A DNA stretch of 49,414 bases from Pirellulales bacterium (GTDB lineage: Bacteria > Planctomycetota > Planctomycetia > Pirellulales > UBA1268), in the NCBI GenBank assembly GCA_044339885.1, contig JBIIUP010000001.1, positions 1-49,414 of the forward strand, read 5' to 3'. The notes below the pieces were generated by a model, which saw only the letters and a list, made by a program, of their open reading frames with translations, was not told the origin of the DNA and did no database searches. Position 1 is the first letter of the stretch. Every line of letters begins with the position of its first letter. Both the position numbers and the translations under genes were made by a program. Below are positions 1-9,236 of the stretch, piece after piece.

Positions 1-263
1 TGCCGCGCGACCGCCGCGGCCGCGCCGCCGTCCCAGGGGCGGAGCCGGCCCGTCCATTCCGCCGACACCAGGCCGTCGAGGGTGTCTCCCGCGAGCACGA
101 CCTGCAACCCGTCGATCGGCCGGTAGGAGCCGTCGCGGCGAAAGCCCGCCCGGGCCGCCGCGCGGAGCACGGCCCGACGCCAGCCCCGGACGTGCCCCCG
201 CCGGAACACGGGGGCCACCAACGTGCCGTCGGCGAATCCCCAGTTCGCGGTGACGACGAGCAT
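1..263 (-). CDS. hypothetical protein, N-terminal part only (gene runs off the left edge of the window)
   Basis: ATG at 263 on the minus strand opens a frame rich in G/C third positions (MLVVTANWGFADGTLVAPVFRRGH...VVLAGDTLDGLVSAEW...) that is still open at base 1. It is absent from the ORF track because it has no stop in the window. VLAGDTLDG is faintly metallophosphoesterase-like, which is not enough for a call. Confidence 0.35.
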   Translation of the reverse strand, partial: MLVVTANWGFADGTLVAPVFRRGHVRGWRRAVLRAAARAGFRRDGSYRPIDGLQVVLAGDTLDGLVSAEWTGRLRPWDGGAAAAVAR

Positions 264-377
264 GACGGGCCTCCGCCCGTCTCATCGACCACGGCGGCCG
301 TCCCCCGCGCACGGCCCGACCGCCCATGCCGGTCGCGGAAGGGGCGGGGGCTGTACGGGCCCTCGTGGCCCGCAGGC

Positions 378-1706
378 TCAAGGACCGAAGAACTCGGTCT
401 GGCAGGAGCGGTCGAGCCTGCCGTCGAGCCCGGCGCCGGATACCGTCGCCTGGGCCGTCGCCCGACCGGCGTCCGGCAGTTTGTAGGTGATCTCGAAGGA
501 CTGCTGGCGGCCCGGGGCCACGTCGATCGCGTCGAACAGGACGCGGCCGTCGTCCACTCGAACCCGGGCGTCGCCGACGAGCCTGGCTCCCCGCGGCAGG
601 TCGACGACGAGATTCAGCGGCCCCGACGGGGCGTCGCCGTCGTTGGTGATCGTGCAGACCAGCGTCGTCGCATCGCCGATCCGCACGGGATCGTCGAGAT
701 CGGCCAGCGACAGCCGGAGCCCGGCCTCGCTGGGGGTACGGAGCCGCGGTCGCGGCGTCGTGGAGCGGATCTGCACGCACTCGTGGTCGCCCACCACCGC
801 CCCGCCGGCCAGCCCGGTCAGTTCGGCACGCACGCACGCCCGCGCCGGCGCGGCGTCGCGGTAGGAGCCGGCCGGCGCCTGGGCCCGGAGGTTGATCTGT
901 CGCTTCAGTTCGCCCCCCGGCTCGATCGCCGGCAGGTTCCACGAGACCCGCGACGCTCCCAGGCTGTAGCCGTCGGACGCCTCCAACGGCACCAGCCCCT
1001 CGTCCCACGAGAACTCCAGTGCCGACGCCGGCGCCGCCGCGTTGCCGGTGTTCTTCACGGTGGCCACGTACTCGGTCACGCCGCCGGACATCGCCTCGAC
1101 GGGTCCCGAGAGGTCGAGCGCGATCGCCGGCGCCGCTGGCGCCGCCGGCGGCGCCAGCGGCAGCGTGGGGAGCGTGCTGGCCGTCGCCGTCGGCAGGGGT
1201 GCCGCGACGGGCGCGGGAACCACGACCGGCGCGGGATTCACCACCTGGGGCGGGGGCGAAGTCGTGATCGGCGGCGCGGATGCGACCGCGGCCGGCGCCA
1301 CCTGGACGCATTCGGTGGCCCCGCCGATGAACCGGCTCGACTGGTCGAGGATCTCGACGCGGTGGCACTGGCGGCCCGGCTCGTCGAGGAGGAATTCCAG
1401 CGTGATCCGCCGCGCCGTGCCGGCGGCCAGGTCGATCGTCCCCTTCTGCTCGATCGGGCTCTTCGAGGCCTCGTGGTGGAAGCCGGCGTCGAAGTAGTCG
1501 ACCACCCGCAGCTGCTGCAGGTTGCGGCCGGAGCGGTTGACGATCTCCACGTCGTAGGTCACGCGGTCGCCCACCTTGCCGGCCAGCGGCCCGGTGATGT
1601 TCACGAGCACGTCGTCCTCGCCCCGCGCCCCGCCCGCGGTCGCGAGGACCACGAGGATCGCCGGCAGCAGACGGCCGACCGACCACGCCCAAACCTGGTT
1701 CGCCAT
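378..1706 (-). CDS. secreted repeat protein with DUF11-like (conserved repeat) domains
   Basis: 442 aa. N-terminal signal peptide (MANQVWAWSVGRLLPAILVVLATAGGARG). Three similar beta-rich modules of the type GDxVTYxVxIxNxG...L (GDRVTYDVEIVNRSGRNL; VTEYVATVKNTGNAAA; TTLVCTITNDGDAPSGPL) separated by a Pro/Ala-rich linker. Confidence 0.7.
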   Translation of the reverse strand: MANQVWAWSVGRLLPAILVVLATAGGARGEDDVLVNITGPLAGKVGDRVTYDVEIVNRSGRNLQQLRVVDYFDAGFHHEASKSPIEQKGTIDLAAGTARRITLEFLLDEPGRQCHRVEILDQSSRFIGGATECVQVAPAAVASAPPITTSPPPQVVNPAPVVVPAPVAAPLPTATASTLPTLPLAPPAAPAAPAIALDLSGPVEAMSGGVTEYVATVKNTGNAAAPASALEFSWDEGLVPLEASDGYSLGASRVSWNLPAIEPGGELKRQINLRAQAPAGSYRDAAPARACVRAELTGLAGGAVVGDHECVQIRSTTPRPRLRTPSEAGLRLSLADLDDPVRIGDATTLVCTITNDGDAPSGPLNLVVDLPRGARLVGDARVRVDDGRVLFDAIDVAPGRQQSFEITYKLPDAGRATAQATVSGAGLDGRLDRSCQTEFFGP

Positions 1707-1968
1707 GTGCCCTCGTACCTCCGCCGCGGGACCGCCTCTCCCGAGCCACGCGGCGCAGAGGCTACCATGCCGCGACGCGGGGGGTGAACGTCGGACCGCC
1801 CGCCGGCGCGACCGTTTGCCGGCACCGCGGGGGTGTCCGGACCGGGGTCCGCGGAGCCCCGGGGGCCCTCAAAAACGACGGTCTGCGGCGATCTGGCCGA
1901 CTGGCCACGCCTCCGCCGGGGGCCGGGCCGCGGATGGCCGGAGGGCCGGCGCGGCCGCCCCGCGGCCG

Positions 1969-2664
1969 TCAATCCGTGGCCCGGTGGCGGACGATGTCCC
2001 CCTCCACCATGTAGACCACGTCCTCGGCGATGTTCGTCGCCATGTCGGCGATCCGCTCGATGTGCTTGGACACCGAATTGATCCGCAGGAGGCACTCCAC
2101 GCTCTCCGGATCGTCGCGGATGCCCTGCATCACGCGGCGCTGGATCCGCTGCCGCGCCTCGTCCACCGCGTCGTCCGATTCCCGCACCTGCCGGGCGAGG
2201 GCCGGGTCGCGGTTGACCACGGCGTCGAGACAGTGCTTCACCATCTCCTGCGCCTGCATGGCCATGCCGCGGATCTCGGGGGGCAGTTCGTATGGCCGGC
2301 CGGCGGCGAGCTGCGCGACCCGCTTGGCGATGTTCCGGGCCAGATCCCCCATCCGCTCGAGGTCGTTGTTGATCTTCAGCGCGGCCACGACGAACCGCAG
2401 GTCGGCGGCCACCGGCTGGTAGAGCGCGAGGATCTTGAGGCACTCCTCCTCGACCTCCACCTCCATCCGGTCAATCTCCTCGTCGCTGGCCATCACCCGC
2501 TGCGCGAGGCCCGCGTCGCGGTTGATGAGCGCGGTGATCGACTTCGAGATCGCCTCCTCGACGAGGGTGCCGACCCGCAGGATCCGCTCCTTGAGGTGGC
2601 CGAGCTGGCGTTCGATGTGCCGGGTCATTTTCGAACGATAGGCCGCAGCGGCGAAAAAGTCCAC
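1969..2664 (-). CDS. phoU: phosphate signalling complex protein PhoU
   Basis: Two PhoU repeats visible (DEEIDRMEVEVEEECLKILALYQPVAADLRFVVAALKINNDLERMGDLARNIA and DDAVDEARQRIQRRV...INSVSKHIERIADMATNIAEDVVY). Last gene of the pst operon. Start uncertain: GTG at 2664 or ATG at 2628. Confidence 0.9.
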   Translation of the reverse strand: MDFFAAAAYRSKMTRHIERQLGHLKERILRVGTLVEEAISKSITALINRDAGLAQRVMASDEEIDRMEVEVEEECLKILALYQPVAADLRFVVAALKINNDLERMGDLARNIAKRVAQLAAGRPYELPPEIRGMAMQAQEMVKHCLDAVVNRDPALARQVRESDDAVDEARQRIQRRVMQGIRDDPESVECLLRINSVSKHIERIADMATNIAEDVVYMVEGDIVRHRATD

Positions 2665-2711
2665 GCGAGAAGGTGGTCACGAGCCCCGCCCCCGCGGCCG
2701 CGCCCGCGGCG

Positions 2712-3677
2712 TCACCCGAAGCGGCCGGTGACGTAGGCTTCCGTCTCGCGGAGGACGGGTTTCGTGAAGATCTCGGTCGTCGGGCCGTACTCGATCAGCC
2801 GGCCGAGGTACATGAAGGCCGTGTAGTCGCTCGTGCGGCTGGCCTGCTGCATGTTGTGGGTCACGATCAGGACCGAGTAGCGTCCCCGGAGCTCCTGGAT
2901 GAGGTCCTCGACCTTCCCGGTCGCGATCGGGTCGAGGGCCGAGCAGGGCTCGTCGAGCAGCAGAACCTCCGGCTCGGCGGCGATGGCCCGGGCGATGCAG
3001 AGCCGCTGCTGTTGCCCTCCCGAGAGCCCCAGGGCGCTGTCGTGCAGCCGGTCCTTGACCTCGTCCCAGAGCGCGGCGCCACGCAGGCTCCTCTCGCACA
3101 CCTCGTCGAGCACCGCGCGGGTGTTCTCGCCGTCGATCCGCAGCGAGTAGACGACGTTCTCGTAGATGCTCATGGGGAAGGGGTTGGGCTTCTGAAACAC
3201 CATGCCCATCCGCTTTCGCAGGTCGATCACGTCCATCCGCGGGTCGTAGATGGAGTCGCCGCTGAGCCGCATGTCGCCCATGATTCGCACGTTCGGCACG
3301 AGGTCATTGAGCCGGTTGACGCTCCGCAGGAGCGTCGACTTGCCGCAGCCGCTCGGGCCGACGAGCGCCGTCACCTTGCCGTGCGGCACCGGCATGCTGA
3401 TGCGGTGCAGCGCCTGCTTGGAGCCGTACCAGAGGTTGAACCGGTCGATCTCCAGGACCGGCGGCTCCCGCAGGACGAGCTCGTGCACCTCCGACGGCAC
3501 CTCGCGGCCGGCGGCCACGGCCAGCAGCCGGTCCTCCCGCGGATCGCCGCCGCCGTCCGGGCCGGCGGCCACGGCGTGGGGCGTGTGACCGGTCACGGGC
3601 GGTCGCGCCGCCTCCAACCGCGGGTCCATGGTGTCGCTTTCTCCGCCGGGCATGTCGGTGATTCTCTTTCGGGGCAT
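2712..3677 (-). CDS. pstB: phosphate ABC transporter ATP-binding protein PstB
   Basis: Walker [10 protein letters not shown], signature LSGGQQQRL, Walker [13 protein letters not shown]-loop IVTHNMQQA, and a PstB-typical N-terminus ([16 protein letters not shown]). About 60 aa of N-terminal extension; an internal start (3653 or 3629) is possible. Confidence 0.95.
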   Translation of the reverse strand: MPRKRITDMPGGESDTMDPRLEAARPPVTGHTPHAVAAGPDGGGDPREDRLLAVAAGREVPSEVHELVLREPPVLEIDRFNLWYGSKQALHRISMPVPHGKVTALVGPSGCGKSTLLRSVNRLNDLVPNVRIMGDMRLSGDSIYDPRMDVIDLRKRMGMVFQKPNPFPMSIYENVVYSLRIDGENTRAVLDEVCERSLRGAALWDEVKDRLHDSALGLSGGQQQRLCIARAIAAEPEVLLLDEPCSALDPIATGKVEDLIQELRGRYSVLIVTHNMQQASRTSDYTAFMYLGRLIEYGPTTEIFTKPVLRETEAYVTGRFG

Positions 3678-3692
3678 CCTACCGGACGCGGT

Positions 3693-5375
3693 TCAGAACT
3701 GCTGCGCGACGAACCGCCGCCGCAGCCGGGAGCGGATCCAGATCGCAGCCACGTTGAGCAGCACGATGATCGCCACCAGGAGGAAGGTGATCGTGAACAC
3801 CATCGGCCGCGCCGCCTGGCTGTTGGGGCTCTGGAACCCGACGTCGTAGATCAGGTACGCGAGGTGCATGAACTCCCGTTCGGGATGGACGAAGGGGAAC
3901 GTGCCGTCGATCGGCAGCTCGAGCGCGAGCTTCTTGACCCCCACGAGCATCAGGGGCGCCACCTCCCCGGCACCGCGGGCCATGGCGAGGATCATGCCCG
4001 TCATGATTCCGGGCAGGGCCCGCGGCAGCACGATCCGCCGGATGGTCTGCCACTTGCCGGCCCCGCAGGCGTAGGAGCCCTCGCGCATCGAGTTCGGCAC
4101 CGCGGCGAGCGCTTCCTCGGTGGCCACGATCACGACGGGGAGCGTGAGCAGCGCGAGCGTGAGGGCCGCCCAGAGCAGACCTCCCGTGCCGAAGGTCGGC
4201 TGGCTGTCGGCCACGAGGCTGGCCCGGAAGAACAGCTGGTCGATGCCGGCGCCGAGGCCGTAACAGAAGAACCCCAGGCCGAACGCGCCGTAGACGATGC
4301 TCGGCACGCCGGCCAGGTTGTTGATCGCCACGCGGACCGCGGTGGTGAGCGGACCGCGGCCGGCGTATTCCCGCAGGTAGAGCGCCGCCAGCACCCCGAA
4401 GGGCGCCACGAGCACCGCCATGATGAGCGTCATCGCCACGGTGCCCCAGATCGCCGGAAACACGCCCCCGGCGCTGTTCGCCTCGCGCGGGTCGTCGCCG
4501 AGGAACTCGCCCCAGCGGGACAGGTAGACCTCGGCCTTGCCCAGGGTCGAGAGCCGGTTGGGCTGCCACGCCCGCACGATGCCGGCGAGCGGGATCACGG
4601 CCACGTCGCCCGACGCCGTCAGGAATTCGACGCCCCAGCCGGCGTTCGCGTCGCGGAGCTTGGCGGTCTCCACGTCGAGGACCGCCACCTCGCGATCGAC
4701 CGCGGCGATCACCTCGCGCTCGGCGACCCGGGCCGCCTCCTGCGGTGCCGATCCCGGGCCGTGGTCGAGCCCGGCCTGGACCACGGCCAGCCTCGCGGAC
4801 CGCAGCCGCCGCTGCAGCAGGCCCCGGTCCTCGCGGTCGATTCGCAGGGCCGTCCGCCACCGCCGGCGGGCGGCCGGATGCTCGCTGCGGAATGCGGCCC
4901 AGACGGCGGCCGGGCCCTCGGCCACGGCCTCGTCGCCGTGCAGCAACCGCTCGGGAAAGCCGTGGAACCGCCCCCCCTCGAGCCGCTCGACGGCCGTCGC
5001 CCATTCCGGCCGCGAGGTGACGGCGATGTCGCCCTCGTCGAACCAGGCGAAGTGCTCCCCGGTGAGCTCGAAGTTGGCGGTCCGGAGGAGGCGGCGGGCC
5101 GCCGGTTCGCGCCCCTCGACCCCCCCGTCACCGACCAGTTCGCGGCCGGCGACCTCGCCGAGCGCGCGGCGGCCGTCGGCGAGCTCGACGAGCTCCAGGG
5201 GAACCGGCCAGAACGTCACGGCGCCCCGCGCCACGATGAGCGCCAGCAGGCCGACGATCATCGCGATGGCCACCGCCAGGGAACCGGCCGTCAGCCAGAC
5301 CCACGGCTCGCCGTGCGCGGCCAGGCTCGACGACGCGCTGCGGAGCCGCCGCGGGCGGCCACGGTCAGAGCTCAT
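3693..5375 (-). CDS. pstA: phosphate ABC transporter permease PstA, long form
   Basis: 560 aa. N-terminal TM helix, about 250 aa of predicted periplasmic insert, then the canonical permease core (GGVFPAIWGTVAMTLIMAVLVAPFGVLAALYLREYA ... EGSYACGAGKWQTIRRIVLPRALPGIMTGMILAMARGAGEVAPLMLVG). Overlaps pstC by 11 nt. Confidence 0.9.
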   Translation of the reverse strand: MSSDRGRPRRLRSASSSLAAHGEPWVWLTAGSLAVAIAMIVGLLALIVARGAVTFWPVPLELVELADGRRALGEVAGRELVGDGGVEGREPAARRLLRTANFELTGEHFAWFDEGDIAVTSRPEWATAVERLEGGRFHGFPERLLHGDEAVAEGPAAVWAAFRSEHPAARRRWRTALRIDREDRGLLQRRLRSARLAVVQAGLDHGPGSAPQEAARVAEREVIAAVDREVAVLDVETAKLRDANAGWGVEFLTASGDVAVIPLAGIVRAWQPNRLSTLGKAEVYLSRWGEFLGDDPREANSAGGVFPAIWGTVAMTLIMAVLVAPFGVLAALYLREYAGRGPLTTAVRVAINNLAGVPSIVYGAFGLGFFCYGLGAGIDQLFFRASLVADSQPTFGTGGLLWAALTLALLTLPVVIVATEEALAAVPNSMREGSYACGAGKWQTIRRIVLPRALPGIMTGMILAMARGAGEVAPLMLVGVKKLALELPIDGTFPFVHPEREFMHLAYLIYDVGFQSPNSQAARPMVFTITFLLVAIIVLLNVAAIWIRSRLRRRFVAQQF

Positions 5376-7995
5376 GCGACCTCCTGCGGAACCGCTGCCG
5401 GATGAGCTCCGCCGCCGTGTTGACCACGAAGGTGAGCGCGAAGAGCACGAGGGCCGCCAGGAACAGCACGCGGTAGTGGGCGCTGCCGCGGGCCGCCTCC
5501 GGCAGCTCCGTGGCGATGGCGGCCGAGAGCGTCTGGAATCCGTTGAAGAGGTTCCAGTCCATGATCGGCGTGTTGCCGGCGGCCATGAGCACGATCATGG
5601 TCTCGCCCACCGCGCGGCCGAGCCCGATCATCACCGCCGAGAAGAGCCCGCTGGCCGCCGCCGGGACGATGACGCGGACGGCGGTCTGCCAGGGGGTGGC
5701 CCCCGCCCCCAGCGACGCGCTCCGCAGGTGCTCGGGCACGCTCGTCAGGGCGTCGTCGGCGATCGTGAAGATGAGCGGGATGATCGCGAAGCTCATCCCC
5801 AGGCCGACGACGAGGGCGTTCCTCTGGACGTAGGTGCCGAACAGGCCGCCGCGGGTGTCGATCCGCAGGGCGTCGCAGAACATCGCGGCGGCCACCGCCA
5901 GGCCCGCCGTCGCCAGCACCCCGCAGGCGAACACGGCACACGACACGACCGCGGCCCGGCGGTCCGACCAGCCTTGGCTCGACCGCCGCAGCCACGGGCC
6001 GACGTACCGGCCGCACACCGCCGTCACCGCCACAGCGGCCAGCGGCACGGTCGCCAGCACCCAGCCGCCGAAGCCGCTGCCGCCGCGGCCGTCGAGCCAG
6101 CCCCGGAAATCGCCCTGGAAGAGGACTCGCTCCACGACGGGCGCCGCCAGCCGCGAGGCCGCCAGGCCGGCCGGGATCGCCACCACCGCCACGAACACGA
6201 ACCGCCACGCGGCGAGGCGGCTCCGCCAGCCGGCGGGCACGAACTGCCAGAGGTGGGCGCACGTCAGGAGCGACAGCGGCACGACGAACAACGCCGTCAC
6301 CGCCGGCACCACGGCCCGTTCGAGCAGCGGGGCGAACACGAGCCCGGCCACGAATCCCAGGACGACGCTCGGCAGGCCGGCCATCAGCTCGATCGTCGGC
6401 TTGATCCGGGCCCGCCACCGGGCGTGCATGAACTGGCTGGCGTAGACGGCCGCGAGGATCGCCACTGGCGTCGCGAACAGCATCGCGTAGAGCGTGGCCT
6501 TGAAGGTGCCGAAGATGAGCGGCAGCAGGCCGAACTTCGGCTCGAAGGCCTCGTGGCCCGTGGTCTCCCAGGCATGGACCGGCCCCGGGTAGCTCTCGTA
6601 CCAGACCGGTCGCAGGAGCGTCCGCGGCGACACCTCCGGATGGCCGACCGCGAGGGCGTAGGCCGTCATGCCGCGATCGCCGGCGACGAGCAGGTGGTCC
6701 TCGCGGGGCGCGATGCAGAGCCGCACCGCGGCCCCCGTCGCACCACCGGGAGCGGGCGGCAGCCGCAGCACCGTGGCGCCGGTCGTGGCGTGCAGCAGAC
6801 GGACGTCCCCCGCGGCGTCGGCCGTCGCGAACAGCCGCGAGCGGGGCGACGCCGCGATCGCGGTCACCGCCGGCTCGTCGCCCCCAGGCGCACCACCGGC
6901 GGCGAACGTCCGGGCCACCACCGTCGTCAGTCCGTCGGCCGCGGCGGTGTCGGCGACCCGCGCCGTGAACAGTTCCCGGATCGTGCCCCGCCCGTCGACG
7001 ACCACCAGCGCGGACCCGCCGAAGAGCCGCTCCACGAGCGCCACTCCGGCCTCGGCGGGGGCGGCCGTGAACGACTCCATCTCCACCGGGGCCTCGACGT
7101 CCCGGATGACGTAGCGGCGGCCACGGCCGTCCGCCGCGAACAGGAACAGCTGGTCGCCCAGCTCGGAGAGCCGCACGAACCGCGGGGTGAATCCAGGCGG
7201 CGGTTCGATCGTCGTGCCGATCGACTCGCTCACGACCTCGTCGGTCAGCAGGTTCCGCCGCGACGTCGTGGCGGCGACCCGCACGAGGCCCGCGCCGTCG
7301 AGCGCGGCCACGAGCGGGCCGCCCTCCAGCGACGTCAGATCGATGTCGATGACCGGCGCGTCGGTCTCGGGAGAAGCGGCGCCGAACTCGGCGACGAAGG
7401 TTACGCGCGCGTACCGCTCGTTCGCGCCGCGAACCAGGGCGGCGCCGTTCCAGGGAACAGCCCCCCCGGACTCCGGCCGCGGTGCGTCGGCCGCGAGGTC
7501 GGCGACGTCGACGAACGACGACTCCAGGCCCAGGCGACCGCTGCGAAACGATCCGTCGGCGAAGCCGACGGCGGCCTGCAGTGTTCCCGGCAGGACGCGG
7601 ATCGCCGTGGCGCCGGCGACGCCGGCCTCGACGGCCGACTCCGTGAACAACGGTGCGCCGTCCGCGACGCCGACCACGCTGACGCCCCCGGACCTGGCCT
7701 GTTCCCCGCCGTCCCCAGCCGGCTCGACGAACCAGGCGACCGCCCCGGACTCGTCAATGCCGAGGGCGGCGGGCGCCGTCGCGGCGGCCGCGAACGAACC
7801 GGCCGGCCGCGCCACCGCGGCGCGGAACAAGGGGAGCGCCACCGCGAGCAGGAAGACGCCGACGAGCAGCACCGCGACGATCGTGCCGATCCCGCCGATC
7901 GTGATCAGCAGCCGCGCGACCCGGTCGGCCCCGCGGACGCGGGCATGGGTGGAACGACGTCGCGGCCGACCGGTGAATGTGCCGCTGGAGTCCAT
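5365..7995 (-). CDS. pstC: phosphate ABC transporter permease PstC, long form
   Basis: 876 aa. TM1, about 400 aa extra-cytoplasmic region, then the PstC core (FGLLPLIFGTFKATLYAMLFATPVAILAAVYASQF ... ASLGAGATPWQTAVRVIVPAAASGLFSAVMIGLGRAVGETMIVLMAAGN). Confidence 0.9.
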   Translation of the reverse strand: MDSSGTFTGRPRRRSTHARVRGADRVARLLITIGGIGTIVAVLLVGVFLLAVALPLFRAAVARPAGSFAAAATAPAALGIDESGAVAWFVEPAGDGGEQARSGGVSVVGVADGAPLFTESAVEAGVAGATAIRVLPGTLQAAVGFADGSFRSGRLGLESSFVDVADLAADAPRPESGGAVPWNGAALVRGANERYARVTFVAEFGAASPETDAPVIDIDLTSLEGGPLVAALDGAGLVRVAATTSRRNLLTDEVVSESIGTTIEPPPGFTPRFVRLSELGDQLFLFAADGRGRRYVIRDVEAPVEMESFTAAPAEAGVALVERLFGGSALVVVDGRGTIRELFTARVADTAAADGLTTVVARTFAAGGAPGGDEPAVTAIAASPRSRLFATADAAGDVRLLHATTGATVLRLPPAPGGATGAAVRLCIAPREDHLLVAGDRGMTAYALAVGHPEVSPRTLLRPVWYESYPGPVHAWETTGHEAFEPKFGLLPLIFGTFKATLYAMLFATPVAILAAVYASQFMHARWRARIKPTIELMAGLPSVVLGFVAGLVFAPLLERAVVPAVTALFVVPLSLLTCAHLWQFVPAGWRSRLAAWRFVFVAVVAIPAGLAASRLAAPVVERVLFQGDFRGWLDGRGGSGFGGWVLATVPLAAVAVTAVCGRYVGPWLRRSSQGWSDRRAAVVSCAVFACGVLATAGLAVAAAMFCDALRIDTRGGLFGTYVQRNALVVGLGMSFAIIPLIFTIADDALTSVPEHLRSASLGAGATPWQTAVRVIVPAAASGLFSAVMIGLGRAVGETMIVLMAAGNTPIMDWNLFNGFQTLSAAIATELPEAARGSAHYRVLFLAALVLFALTFVVNTAAELIRQRFRRRSHEL

Positions 7996-8041
7996 GGGGC
8001 CGCCGCGGGGCAGGTGAAGAGGACGCGGAAAACCGCCGAAA

Positions 8042-9037
8042 TCAGGGCTGCCCGCCGTCCATGGTCGCCAGCGCCCGCTTGGCGACCGCCCCGGTCACGG
8101 GCAGGTAGCCGTCCTTGAGCACGTCCTGCTGCCCGGTGGCGCTCAGCACGTACCTGAGGAATTCCCGTCGCAGCGGCTCCAGCGGGGCACCCGGCTTCCG
8201 GTTGACGCTCATGAACAGGAACCTGGCGAGCGGGTATTCGCCCGAGTACGCGGCCTCGGCCGCGGGGGGCACCGCTTCGGCGCCGGTCTTGGGGGCGATG
8301 GGCAGGGCCCGCACGTCGGCCGTGCGGTAACCGATGCCACTGTAGCCGATCCCATAGCGGTCGCTGGCGACGGCCTGGACGACGGCCGAACTGCCCGGCT
8401 GCTCCTTCACCGTGGGCTTGAAGTCGCCCTTGAACAGGGCCCGCTCCTTGAAATAGCCGTACGTGCCGCTGGTGGCGTTGCGGCCGTAGAGGCTGATCGG
8501 CTTGTCCTTCCACTCGCCATCCAGGCCGAGGTCGCCCCAGGTGCGGATCTCGGCGGCGGCCCCGCCGGTGCGGTTCTTCGAGAAGATGGCGTCGATCTGC
8601 TGGAGCGAGAGTCCGGCGAGCGGATTGTCCTTGTGGACGAACACGGCGAGCATGTCGATCGCGACCGGCACCACGATCGGGGCGTAGCCGTACTTCTTCT
8701 TGAACTCGTCGATCTCGGAAGGCTTCCAGTCGCGGCTCATGGGGGCGAAGGTCGCCGTTCCCTCGATGAGCGCCGGCGGCCCCGAGGCCGATCCCTTCCC
8801 CTCGATCGCCTCGCGGACGCTCGGATAGGACTTCTTGAACCCTTCCGCCCAGAGCGAGACGAGGTTGTTCATCGTGTCGGAGCCGACGAACTTCAGCGAC
8901 CCGGCGACCTCGCCGGAGACCCGCGCGTAGGGCTCGAGGGCAGGGTCCAACCCCGCGCCGCGGGCGGCCGGAGGCGGGGCGGCGGAGGCCAGGGCGAGGG
9001 TGATCAGAAGGGCATCGACGAGGGTGCGTCTCACCAT
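8042..9037 (-). CDS. pstS: phosphate ABC transporter substrate-binding protein PstS
   Basis: ORF track gives 8042..9445. I trimmed it to ATG 9037, which yields a signal peptide (MVRRTLVDALLITLALASAAPPPAARG) followed by PstS/PBP-like sequence (LKFVGSDTMNNLVSLWAEGFKKSYP ... GIGYSGIGY). First gene of the pst operon. Confidence 0.9.
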   Translation of the reverse strand: MVRRTLVDALLITLALASAAPPPAARGAGLDPALEPYARVSGEVAGSLKFVGSDTMNNLVSLWAEGFKKSYPSVREAIEGKGSASGPPALIEGTATFAPMSRDWKPSEIDEFKKKYGYAPIVVPVAIDMLAVFVHKDNPLAGLSLQQIDAIFSKNRTGGAAAEIRTWGDLGLDGEWKDKPISLYGRNATSGTYGYFKERALFKGDFKPTVKEQPGSSAVVQAVASDRYGIGYSGIGYRTADVRALPIAPKTGAEAVPPAAEAAYSGEYPLARFLFMSVNRKPGAPLEPLRREFLRYVLSATGQQDVLKDGYLPVTGAVAKRALATMDGGQP

Positions 9038-9076
9038 GGGAATGCTCCGAGAATTCGGCCGAGAGGTCGCCGCGGA

Positions 9077-9104
9077 CGTCGGCGTCGGTGGACCGACGCC
9101 GACG
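9077..9104. promoter_or_regulatory. perfect 12+12 bp inverted repeat (possible operator or 5'-UTR hairpin) in the pstS/rpe divergent intergenic region
   Basis: CGTCGGCGTCGG-TGGA-CCGACGCCGACG read directly from the sequence. It lies 40-67 nt upstream of the pstS ATG (9037). Confidence 0.45.
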
Positions 9105-9130
9105 TGGCGACGACGTGGTGTATCCGCCGA

Positions 9131-9158
9131 CTGTGAGCGCATCGTGAGGAATCGTGAT
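9131..9158. promoter_or_regulatory. candidate Pho-box-like direct repeats
   Basis: Three direct hexamer-like repeats at 10-11 bp phasing: CTGTGAG (9131), TCGTGAG (9142), TCGTGAT (9152). OmpR/PhoB-family regulators bind direct repeats with about one helical turn of spacing. Located about 100-120 nt upstream of pstS. Confidence 0.3.
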
Positions 9159-9236
9159 TCGGTCGACGCAACCCCTTGCTTCAACTGCGGTTGTGACACG
9201 CCGCCACGACGAACGGCCTCCGGTCGTGCCCGCCGC

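Noticed and set aside
1787-1965. Possible fourth, highly degenerate copy of the intergenic repeat (GGTGAACGTC..., GGATGGCCGGAGGGCCGG, CTCAAAAACGACGGTCTGCGG)
   Set aside because: There are only short seeds of 9-13 nt, with no recognisable inverted arms. In DNA this GC-rich, such matches may be chance. It needs a statistical alignment before being counted.
4537-8118. 1193-aa ORF on the plus strand
   Set aside because: It is antisense to pstA and pstC, which have clear family motifs. Its translation is R/P/G/A-rich low complexity. This is a typical stop-free shadow frame in very GC-rich DNA.
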